From the NCBI GenBank assembly GCA_903821695.1, contig CAIJLX010000097.1:3542-67541 (forward strand): DNA of 64,000 nucleotides, given 5' to 3'. The notes under the pieces are model-generated. The model saw only the letters and a list, made by a program, of their open reading frames with translations. It searched no databases and was not told where the DNA came from. The DNA comes from an uncultured Alphaproteobacteria bacterium. GTDB taxonomy: Bacteria; Pseudomonadota; Alphaproteobacteria; Rickettsiales; CAIJLX01. Positions within the stretch are counted from its first letter, which is position 1, and every line of letters starts with the position of its first letter. A program made the position numbers and the translations under genes. This document shows positions 8,992-18,980 of the stretch, piece after piece.

Positions 8992-10463
8992 ATCACTTTC
9001 TTGCTTTGCTGGTCGCCCTACCGTTATTTGCCGCACCATTAATTGCGCTTATCCAAAAACGTCACGCTGCATGGGTGATTACTTTTGTGACACTCATCAT
9101 TCTGTTATTTCTCAGTCTGTTCATTAGCAGCAACATGCTCGACCATGGCTTGCTCACCTATGACATGGGCAATTGGGCGCCACCATTTGGAATTGAATAT
9201 CATGTAGATGGTTTAAACGCCGCTATATTAGTGCTCATCAGCTTGATGGCAGTTGTCATCATGCCTTTTGCATTGCCGCAATATCTCAAAGAAGTTCCTG
9301 CCGAAAAACAGTCCCTCGCCTATGCGATATTTGTGCTGTGCGTTGCCGGTTTGCTTGGCATGACCATCACACATGATTTGTTTAATATGTATGTATTCCT
9401 CGAAATTTCTTCACTCGCTACATACACGCTGATTAGCCTTGGTAACAGCAAGCGCGCGCCGGTGGCAGGTTTTGAATATTTGATTTTGGGCAGCATTGGC
9501 GCCACTTTTTATCTCATCGGCTTGGGCTTTTTATATATGGCAACCGGCACATTGAACCTGACCGATATGTCGATTCTTCTGCAGCCTTTGGCCGATAGCA
9601 AATTAGTGCGCGCGGGCTTAGGCTTCTTGGTGCTCGGCTTATTACTCAAAGCTGCGGTATTTCCACTCCATATCTGGCTTGTGCAGTCTTATACTAATGC
9701 GCCTACTTTATTTGCCGCCTTCCTCTCTGCCACCGCAACGAAAGTATATCTCTATCTGTTAATGCGGATTATTTTCGGCATGTTTGGTGTCGGTATTGCA
9801 CTCAATATTTTACCTATCGGCCCGATATTGATGGTTCTTTCTGCGGGTGCGGTCATCCTCGGTTCTCTTGCTGCATTTATACAAAAAGATGTGAAGCACA
9901 TGCTCGCTTATTCCAGCATCGCGCAAATTGGTTTTATCGTGTTTGGGTTTAGTCTTGGTACCTCTGCTGGTCTAGCGGCTGCATTGCTTCACTTGCTTTT
10001 TCATGCCCCAGCAAAAGCAGGTTTATTTCTCTGTGTTGCCAATGTCGAAAAACAACGTGGTGGCTCTACTCTCACCCATTTCCGTAATATCGGAAATCGT
10101 ATGCCGATCACGTCTGCTGCCTTTGTCATTTGTGGCTTAAGCCTGATCGGCATTCCGCTCACGGCTGGTTTTTTAAGCAAATGGTTGATGCTTTCTGCAT
10201 TGATGCAAGCCGGTCAATGGCCAGCATTTATATTGGTGCTGTCCGGCTCGCTCTTCACAGTCGCTTATATCGGCAAAGTGTTTGAAGTGATGTTCTACCG
10301 CAAAGAAATTGAGGTGACGCATCCGCGTGGCGACGCGCCATGGCCGCTATTACTGCCACTAATTCTGCTTTCATTCCTGTGTTTATATTTCGGCATGTTC
10401 AGCGAAGATGTCATGCTGGTAACACGCCAAGCAACGAACTTATTTTTCCGGGCGGGTGATTAA
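8988..10463 (+). CDS. mrpD: antiporter-like subunit 1 (MrpD/NuoN/NuoM family, proton-conducting membrane transporter)
   Basis: 491 aa and polytopic, with typical PF00361-type motifs (FLEISSLATYTLI, AAVFPLHIWLVQSY, MLAYSSIAQIGFI). The start overlaps the mrpC stop (ATGA). Confidence 0.8.
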   Translation: MNHFLALLVALPLFAAPLIALIQKRHAAWVITFVTLIILLFLSLFISSNMLDHGLLTYDMGNWAPPFGIEYHVDGLNAAILVLISLMAVVIMPFALPQYLKEVPAEKQSLAYAIFVLCVAGLLGMTITHDLFNMYVFLEISSLATYTLISLGNSKRAPVAGFEYLILGSIGATFYLIGLGFLYMATGTLNLTDMSILLQPLADSKLVRAGLGFLVLGLLLKAAVFPLHIWLVQSYTNAPTLFAAFLSATATKVYLYLLMRIIFGMFGVGIALNILPIGPILMVLSAGAVILGSLAAFIQKDVKHMLAYSSIAQIGFIVFGFSLGTSAGLAAALLHLLFHAPAKAGLFLCVANVEKQRGGSTLTHFRNIGNRMPITSAAFVICGLSLIGIPLTAGFLSKWLMLSALMQAGQWPAFILVLSGSLFTVAYIGKVFEVMFYRKEIEVTHPRGDAPWPLLLPLILLSFLCLYFGMFSEDVMLVTRQATNLFFRAGD

Positions 10464-11947
10464 TGGATTCATTACTCAGCACCCCCGATTATATCATTTA
10501 TTATTTGTTTGCGTTGCCGCTTCTCGCCGTTTTCTGCTCCTTCGCTATTCGTGAGGATCGGTTACAAACGAGCGTGATCGGCCTCATCGGCTGCGCCCTC
10601 TTTGCCTTTCTGATTTATTTTTCTACTGTATTATTATGGCCGCTCTTTGCAATGGAGCAGGCATTCAAAATTTGGCATTTCAACCTGCTGCCACGTGTGC
10701 CGATTAACTTTGTGATTGAACCCTGGGGCACGTTGTTTGCATTGATGGTGTGTTTCCTGTGGCCGCTTACCACGCTGTATTCACATGGTTATCTTAAGGC
10801 AACGAAGTCCAAACATCGCAATCGGTTCCACGCGTGTTTTGCGCTTGCCATTTTTTCGGTGCTCGGTGTCGCGTTTTCCGGCAACCTTATTACACTGTTT
10901 ATTTTTTATGAGTTGCTAACACTCGCCACTTATCCGCTTATTACCCACAATCAAACGCCCGAAGCCATTCGTGCGGGGCGTATTTATTTGGCCTATTTGC
11001 TCGGCACTTCATTCTTGCTCTTCATGCCTGCGATTATTTATACCGCACAAGCAGCCAGCACTTTCAGCTTCCTGCCAAGTGGCATTTTGGAAGGGAACAT
11101 CACCCCCTTCGCCGCCGGTATTTTATTGCTTGTCTATGCTTATGGCATTGGCAAATGTGCCTTAATGCCACTGCATCGCTGGCTGCCGGAAGCGATGGTT
11201 GCACCAGCACCTGTCAGCGCATTGCTGCATGCCGTTGCGGTAGTAAAAGGTGGTGTATTCGCTTTCATTAAAATTGCCGTCTATGTATTTGGCGCAGAGT
11301 TTCTGTTCCAAATTGCTGCCACACACTGGCTGGGCATCATCTGTTCATTGACGGTCATTCTCGGCTCTATTCAAGCCTTGCGCACCAATCATATTAAAAC
11401 TTTGCTCGCTTATTCCACCATCAGCCAACTCGCCACTATTTTGATGTTAGCTACCATGGCAACTGCCCCTGCATTGCAAGCTGCAGCAATATTGCTCATC
11501 ACCCACGCACTTGGCAAAATAACGTTATTCTTCGTCGCCGGCGCCATTTATGCCACAACACATTTCACCACCATTGAACAATGCCAAGGCCTTGCAAGGC
11601 GCATGCCCTACACCTTCGCTGCATTGCTCATTGCCGCAATGACGATGATTGGCATGCCGCCAACACTTGGGCTGCTTTCGAAATGGATGATGTTCTCGGC
11701 GGCGCTTGATAGTATGAATATTTGGATTTGCTTTACGTTGTTTGTAAGCACTCTGCTCAATGCGTTTTATTTCTCGCGTTGGGTGTTTATTTGCTGCAAA
11801 AAGCCGGAGCCAGAAAAATTGGTGCGTCGACAAGATGCACCATGGTCCATGCGTGCGGTAGTGCTTATTAGTGCGGCTGCTTGCGTTATTTTGTTTTTTT
11901 ATCCTTACCCTGTGCTACTTCTGGCACGTCAATTTTCGGTGTTATAA
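10463..11947 (+). CDS. antiporter-like subunit 2 (MrpD/NuoM family)
   Basis: 494 aa. Motifs FYELLTLATYPLI, ALMPLHRWLPEAMVAPAPVSALLHAVAVVKGG and LLAYSTISQL. The start overlaps the upstream stop (TAATG). Confidence 0.8.
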   Translation: MDSLLSTPDYIIYYLFALPLLAVFCSFAIREDRLQTSVIGLIGCALFAFLIYFSTVLLWPLFAMEQAFKIWHFNLLPRVPINFVIEPWGTLFALMVCFLWPLTTLYSHGYLKATKSKHRNRFHACFALAIFSVLGVAFSGNLITLFIFYELLTLATYPLITHNQTPEAIRAGRIYLAYLLGTSFLLFMPAIIYTAQAASTFSFLPSGILEGNITPFAAGILLLVYAYGIGKCALMPLHRWLPEAMVAPAPVSALLHAVAVVKGGVFAFIKIAVYVFGAEFLFQIAATHWLGIICSLTVILGSIQALRTNHIKTLLAYSTISQLATILMLATMATAPALQAAAILLITHALGKITLFFVAGAIYATTHFTTIEQCQGLARRMPYTFAALLIAAMTMIGMPPTLGLLSKWMMFSAALDSMNIWICFTLFVSTLLNAFYFSRWVFICCKKPEPEKLVRRQDAPWSMRAVVLISAAACVILFFYPYPVLLLARQFSVL

Positions 11948-11950
11948 CAT

Positions 11951-12082
11951 ATGATGAATCTCGCTCTTACTGCCATTATCGGTTTCTGCGCTACCGCAGG
12001 TGCCATCGGTTTTACCCATGTGCTGGGTCGCTTCTTGCGTTATCCGGAAAGCTATTATCGCAAGAGACGTAACGATGGATGA
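11951..12082 (+). CDS. unannotated 43-codon ORF encoding a single-TM peptide inside the Mrp-like operon
   Basis: ATGATG at 11951 lies 3 nt after the upstream TAA. It translates to MMNLALTAIIGFCATAGAIGFTHVLGRFLRYPESYYRKRRNDG, a hydrophobic helix with a basic tail. Its TGA (12080-12082) overlaps the ATG (12075) of the next gene (GATGGATGA). The ORF is below the track's length cutoff. Confidence 0.4.
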   Translation: MMNLALTAIIGFCATAGAIGFTHVLGRFLRYPESYYRKRRNDG

Positions 12083-13778
12083 AATCATCTCCCTACCGCC
12101 GTTCCTGCCGCTGTTCATTGGCGGTTTCATGCTGGTGTTCCTGCCCGCTTCCGGCCAGCGCACGATCTTAATCGCCGCTCCGTTCATTGCCTTAATGGCA
12201 GTCTTCAGCATGAATGCAGAGAGTATTTTCCCGCTCAGCATTGCCGGCACCACGGTGCAACTTTTAAACACGCAGGAATATAGCTTAGTCTTCGGCATGG
12301 CGTTTTGCCTAGCCATGATTGGCGCTGGTTTATTCGGCTTTCATTACGCGAGACCGAAAGAAATGGCCGCATCGCTCATTGTCGCCAGCGGTGGCGTCGG
12401 CATCGTATTTGCCGGCGATTTAATCAGCCTGTTCTTCTTCTGGGAAGTGTTGATGTGCGCTTCGGTCTATCTCATCTATATCGGCAATACCAAAAATTCC
12501 GAGTTCGCCGCCTGGCGTTATTTGATCATGCATTTGCTCGGCAGCACCTTCTTGCTCGCGGGTATTGCCGGCACCATTATGGATAGCGGTATCGCCGCCT
12601 TTCCAGCCGTACAGTTTGGCTGGTCATTGCCCCACACTGCAACCGAATGGTCGGCATGGTTATTGTTACTTGGCATCATGGTGAATCTCGCCGCGCCACC
12701 ATTTTCAGCGTGGTTGCCGGATAGTTATCCTGCCGCATCGCCGTTTGGCATGGTGGTGCTTTCCATCTTCACCACTAAATCGGCGTTATTTGTATTGATG
12801 CAAATCTTCGCGGGTTCCGCACCGCTCATTCCGATTGGCCTTTGCATGTTGCTCTATGGCGGGATTATGGCATTGATGCAAAATCTTCTGCGCCGCCATT
12901 TGGCTTATTGCATGATTGCGCAATTGGGCGTGATGGTGATGGCCGTTGGTCTCGGCAGTGAAGCCGCCCTCGCCGGCACCGCGATTCTTGCCTTCTGCCA
13001 TATTGGCTATAACGGATTGCTCACCAGCTCCGCCGGTAGCATCATCCGCCAGACCGGTAAATTCCGCATGGGCGATCTCGGTGGCCTATGGCGGCAAATG
13101 CCTGTCACTTCCGGTGCCATTGTTTTGGGCGCATTATCAATGGCGGCGCTCCCCATCACCGGCGCTTACATCGGCAAACATTTGATCAGTGATGCACTTT
13201 CTGCAATCGAACAACCGCTCTATTTATTTCTCTTCATCTGCGGCTCTTCACTCGCCACCTATTTAATGTTCCCCTGGTTCGCCCTCTCCGGCAAAAGCAA
13301 GACGACTAAATCCACGGAAGTCGGCTTGGTTATGCAGTTCAGCTATTGCATTTTCGCTTTTATGGCCTTGAGCCCCGGCCTTTACCCCGGCTCGCTCACC
13401 TTGCTCATGCCGCATCATGAGGCAATGGCGAATTACACACTTCTCTCGGTATTCAGCCAACTCTTAATGATCGCGTTCGCTAGCGGCGGCTTCTTCCTGA
13501 TGTTGCCTTGGCTCAAGCGCCAAAAGGGCATCCTCCTTGATATGGATTGGTTTTATCGCGTGCTCATCCCCCATTGCCTCAAACTCGCCAACCATTTTTA
13601 TACCCTCGCAGAAGCCCGAGCACTAAAATGGTGGGGCCATTGTTTTTCCTGGGCAAAAACCTATTCTCTACGCCTCTTCTCCGAATCCGGCACCCTAACC
13701 AAGCCGCAGCCATTGAGCATCAATGCTGCACTGACGGTGACTATCTTATTGGTGCTTCTGCTAGTGCTTTATCTATAG
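12075..13778 (+). CDS. antiporter-like subunit 3 (MrpA/NuoL-like, with C-terminal amphipathic helix + terminal TM)
   Basis: Track ORF 12000..13778. The likely start is the ATG at 12075 (MDEIISLPPFLPLF...). PF00361-like core (FFFWEVLMCASVYLIY, PPFSAWLPDSYPAASP, LAYCMIAQLGVM). The C-terminus has a ~60-aa amphipathic stretch followed by a final TM (INAALTVTILLVLLLVLYL), reminiscent of the NuoL/MrpA lateral helix. Confidence 0.7.
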   Translation: MDEIISLPPFLPLFIGGFMLVFLPASGQRTILIAAPFIALMAVFSMNAESIFPLSIAGTTVQLLNTQEYSLVFGMAFCLAMIGAGLFGFHYARPKEMAASLIVASGGVGIVFAGDLISLFFFWEVLMCASVYLIYIGNTKNSEFAAWRYLIMHLLGSTFLLAGIAGTIMDSGIAAFPAVQFGWSLPHTATEWSAWLLLLGIMVNLAAPPFSAWLPDSYPAASPFGMVVLSIFTTKSALFVLMQIFAGSAPLIPIGLCMLLYGGIMALMQNLLRRHLAYCMIAQLGVMVMAVGLGSEAALAGTAILAFCHIGYNGLLTSSAGSIIRQTGKFRMGDLGGLWRQMPVTSGAIVLGALSMAALPITGAYIGKHLISDALSAIEQPLYLFLFICGSSLATYLMFPWFALSGKSKTTKSTEVGLVMQFSYCIFAFMALSPGLYPGSLTLLMPHHEAMANYTLLSVFSQLLMIAFASGGFFLMLPWLKRQKGILLDMDWFYRVLIPHCLKLANHFYTLAEARALKWWGHCFSWAKTYSLRLFSESGTLTKPQPLSINAALTVTILLVLLLVLYL

Positions 13779-13830
13779 ACTTGTGATTTTTAAGATAGAG
13801 GTGTAAACTGTGCCTAACAGCGGGGTACAC

Positions 13831-14583
13831 ATGTCCACGATCACACTTTCCAAGCAGCAAAACATTCGCGATACTGTCTTCAATCAGGAGGCACCACAAG
13901 ATGCTTTCCGCTTTGATGCCAAGGTCGCGAAAGTATTCGACGACATGGTCAGCCGCTCCGTTCCATTTTACGACGAGATGCAGCGCATGACGACCGAGCT
14001 AGCGCGGGATTTCGCGCAGCCCAATACCAATCTTTATGATATTGGCTGCTCAACCGGCACGACCTTACTGGCACTCGATCATTTCATCGACCCAACCGTA
14101 AAATTCATCGGCATCGATAACTCCCCCGAAATGCTTATTGAGGCTCAGAAAAAAGTTTTGGCCACTGGCGCCAAACGCGTCATCCAATTTGAAAAATCAG
14201 ATATGCATGGCGAAATTCACCTCGAAAATGCGAGCGTGATTACGTTATTACTGACATTACAGTTCGTGCGTCCTCTGCACCGCGAACGCGTGATGCGCTC
14301 TATTTTCGAAGGACTCAATGAAAATGGCTGCCTTATTTTGATCGAAAAATTGACCAGCGAAGATACGGTTTTTAACCGCCTGTTCATCGATCATTATTAT
14401 GATTTTAAACGTGGCAATGGTTATTCCGAAACCGAGATAGCGAAAAAACGTGAAGCGCTGGAAAATGTGCTCATCCCATATCGCATGGAAGAAAACTTTG
14501 AGCTCTTGCGCTGGGCCGGCTTCCGCCGTATAGAGGTATTCTTCCGTTGGTATAATTTTTGCGGAATCATCGCCGTAAAATAA
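13831..14583 (+). CDS. cmoA: carboxy-S-adenosyl-L-methionine synthase CmoA family
   Basis: Full-length resemblance to E. coli CmoA as I remember it: [35 protein letters not shown] and [24 protein letters not shown]. The ATG at 13831 is preferred over the track's GTG at 13810. Confidence 0.8.
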   Translation: MSTITLSKQQNIRDTVFNQEAPQDAFRFDAKVAKVFDDMVSRSVPFYDEMQRMTTELARDFAQPNTNLYDIGCSTGTTLLALDHFIDPTVKFIGIDNSPEMLIEAQKKVLATGAKRVIQFEKSDMHGEIHLENASVITLLLTLQFVRPLHRERVMRSIFEGLNENGCLILIEKLTSEDTVFNRLFIDHYYDFKRGNGYSETEIAKKREALENVLIPYRMEENFELLRWAGFRRIEVFFRWYNFCGIIAVK

Positions 14584-14591
14584 GAGGTTTT

Positions 14592-15317
14592 ATGAAACAG
14601 ACTATGATCGCCATCGGTAATTTTTTCTTCAAATGGCGCAATTATCTGTTTCCCTTCTTTGTGATTGGTCTCTTCGCTCTGCGCTCACCAAAGCCGGTTT
14701 TTGCTGGCTCCGAACAGCTTGAAGTCATTAAAGATTTTATTGGCTTTGCGATTGTGCTTCTCGGTCTTGTCATCCGCGGCACCGTTATTGGTTTTGCCTA
14801 TATCAAACGTGGTGGCATGAATAAAAAAGTCTATGCCGACAAACTAGTCACTGCCGGCATGTTCACCCTCTGCCGCAATCCACTTTATCTTGGCAATATG
14901 CTTACTATCATCGGCATTTTCATCGTCCACGGCGATCTGTTGATTATGTCTATCGGCATCCTGGCTTATAGCTTTATTTATCAATGCATCATTTTCGCAG
15001 AAGAAGCCTATTTGGAAAATAAATTCGGCAAAAGCTTCACCAAATATTGCGAGAAAACACCGCGTTGGCTGCCCGTATTAACCCGCTTCAACCTCGCCAC
15101 CAAAGACATGGCATTTGATTGGAAGCGCGTGATTGTGAAAGACTACACCACCATCGCCACCAGCCTTGTTGCTTGCGCTGCGATTGAGTTTTATGAAGAC
15201 TGGGTTGGGGTATTAGATAGGGGTGAAAGCCTTACCCTCGGTTTTATCGCCGCCGTTGGGCTAGTGGTGGCCGGCATTAGCCTCGCTAAGCGCAAAGGTT
15301 ACCTGAAGCTCGCTTAA
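14592..15317 (+). CDS. membrane methyltransferase, ICMT/PEMT family
   Basis: The ATG at 14592 follows AAGAGG. The protein is multi-TM. LVTAGMFTLCRNPLYLGNML and AEEAYLENKFGKSFTKYCEKTPRWLP match the isoprenylcysteine carboxyl / phospholipid methyltransferase family pattern. Confidence 0.7.
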   Translation: MKQTMIAIGNFFFKWRNYLFPFFVIGLFALRSPKPVFAGSEQLEVIKDFIGFAIVLLGLVIRGTVIGFAYIKRGGMNKKVYADKLVTAGMFTLCRNPLYLGNMLTIIGIFIVHGDLLIMSIGILAYSFIYQCIIFAEEAYLENKFGKSFTKYCEKTPRWLPVLTRFNLATKDMAFDWKRVIVKDYTTIATSLVACAAIEFYEDWVGVLDRGESLTLGFIAAVGLVVAGISLAKRKGYLKLA

Positions 15318-15360
15318 AATTCCTTATATTTCAGGGCCCTAACTTTTTTTGGTGGAAACG

Positions 15361-15388
15361 GTTGTAACCTCATTCCTCCGGCTTATAT
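15361..15388 (+). promoter_or_regulatory. candidate RpoH (sigma-32)-type promoter of dnaKJ
   Basis: gTTG-N17-CTTATAT (15361-15364 / 15382-15388), about 37 nt upstream of the dnaK ATG. It matches the alphaproteobacterial heat-shock consensus CTTG-N17-CYTATNT in all but one base. Confidence 0.45.
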
Positions 15389-15424
15389 ATCCTTCATACT
15401 CTTAAACTAAAAAAGGATACGAAT

Positions 15425-17347
<1,923 letters not shown>

Positions 17348-17371
17348 GATTCCGCTCTAGAAACTTTCAGC

Positions 17372-18541
17372 ATGTCTGCAAAGCGCGATTATTATGAAAT
17401 TTTAGGCCAGCGCAAAGGCGCGAACGCGGAGGAATTGAAAAAAGCCTACCGCAAACTCGCCATGCAATATCACCCGGATCGCAACCCGGGCGATAAGGAA
17501 GCTGAACAAAAATTCAAAGAAATCAGCGAAGCCTATGACATTTTAAAAGATGATCAAAAACGCGCGGCCTATGACCGCTATGGCCATGCCGCATTTGATT
17601 TCGGCGGCGGTCCTGGTGCTGGTCGCGGTGGTGCTGCAGGCGGGTTTGATTTCTCCGGCGGCTTCTCCGATATTTTCGAAGATTTATTCGGTGAGTTCAT
17701 GGGTGGCAATGCTGGCGCTGGTCAACGTGGTGCCCGCCAACAACAAGTCAACCGCGGGAATGATCTCCGCTATAATCTTGAAGTCTCGTTAGAAGAAGCA
17801 TTTAAAGGCGATCAAAAAACGATTCGCGTCAACGCCGCTTCTGGTTGCGATACCTGCAAAGGCAGCGGTAGTGCTGATGGTTCAGCCCCCGAAACTTGCA
17901 GCTATTGCCAAGGCAGCGGTAAAGTGCGGATGCAACAAGGCTTCTTCACCATCGAGCGCACCTGCACTCAATGTTCGGGCGTCGGCACAGTAATCAAAAC
18001 TCCGTGCAAATCATGCAAAGGTACGGGTCGCTTGCGCAAAGAACGCACGTTAAATGTGACCATTCCACCCGGTGTGGATGAAGGCACGCGCATTCGCTTA
18101 ACGGGTGAAGGCGAAGCCGGCATGCGCGGCGGACCACCCGGCGATTTGTATATTTTCGTTTCCGTCAGGCAGCACATGTTCTTCCAGCGCGAAGGCCAAG
18201 ACATCCACTGCAAAGTGCCCGTCAAAATGACCACGGCTGCTCTCGGCGGAAATATCGAAGTACCCACCATCGACGGCACACGCGCGAAATTAGTCATCCC
18301 CGCTGGCGCACAAACCGGCAACCAATTCCGCCTACGTGGTAAAGGCATGACCAATGTACGCAGCAAAGGTACGCGTGGCGATATGTATGTGCAGGCAATT
18401 GTGGAAACACCCGTCAGCCTCACTAAACAGCAACGCGAATTACTGCAGCGTTTTGACGAAGAAGCAAAAGATGGCTCCAGCCCCGAATCCGAAAGCTTCT
18501 TCAAAAAAGCCAAAGAAATGTGGGATGACTTAAAGGATTGA
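17372..18541 (+). CDS. dnaJ: co-chaperone DnaJ
   Basis: J-domain (YHPDRNPGD), a G/F-rich linker and four CxxCxGxG zinc-finger motifs. Confidence 0.97.
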   Translation: MSAKRDYYEILGQRKGANAEELKKAYRKLAMQYHPDRNPGDKEAEQKFKEISEAYDILKDDQKRAAYDRYGHAAFDFGGGPGAGRGGAAGGFDFSGGFSDIFEDLFGEFMGGNAGAGQRGARQQQVNRGNDLRYNLEVSLEEAFKGDQKTIRVNAASGCDTCKGSGSADGSAPETCSYCQGSGKVRMQQGFFTIERTCTQCSGVGTVIKTPCKSCKGTGRLRKERTLNVTIPPGVDEGTRIRLTGEGEAGMRGGPPGDLYIFVSVRQHMFFQREGQDIHCKVPVKMTTAALGGNIEVPTIDGTRAKLVIPAGAQTGNQFRLRGKGMTNVRSKGTRGDMYVQAIVETPVSLTKQQRELLQRFDEEAKDGSSPESESFFKKAKEMWDDLKD

Positions 18542-18545
18542 GTTT

Positions 18546-18980
18546 TTAGTTTCGCTTACTAGCGAAGAATTCTTTCAGTAACACACCCGCCGCATCGGCT
18601 TCTATTCCTGAAAATATTTCCGGCCGGTGGTGACATGTGGGTTGATTAAAAATCCGCGGCCCATTTTCAACACCGCCACCTTTGCTATCGCTCGCCGCAT
18701 AAATTAACCGCCGCACTCGCGCAAACGCAAGTGCTTGCGCACACATAGCACAAGGCTCAAGCGTCACAATCAAATCACAATCGACTAAATAATTTGTTTT
18801 CAGCGTTGCGCATGCCGCACGTATTGCGAGCATTTCCGCATGTGCAGTTGGATCATTACGGATGATGGTTTCATTGTGAGCCGATGCGATAATTTTATTA
18901 TCGCGCACAACCACCGCTCCCACCGGCACTTCACCTGCTGCTGCTGCCATCTGTGCTTGTTCTAACGCAAACTTCATCAT
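18546..18980 (-). CDS. tadA: tRNA adenosine(34) deaminase TadA
   Basis: 144 aa with CMP/dCMP deaminase zinc motifs HAEMLAI and PCAMCAQA. The start overlaps the stop of the upstream 1237-aa gene (ATGA). Confidence 0.85.
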   Translation of the reverse strand: MMKFALEQAQMAAAAGEVPVGAVVVRDNKIIASAHNETIIRNDPTAHAEMLAIRAACATLKTNYLVDCDLIVTLEPCAMCAQALAFARVRRLIYAASDSKGGGVENGPRIFNQPTCHHRPEIFSGIEADAAGVLLKEFFASKRN

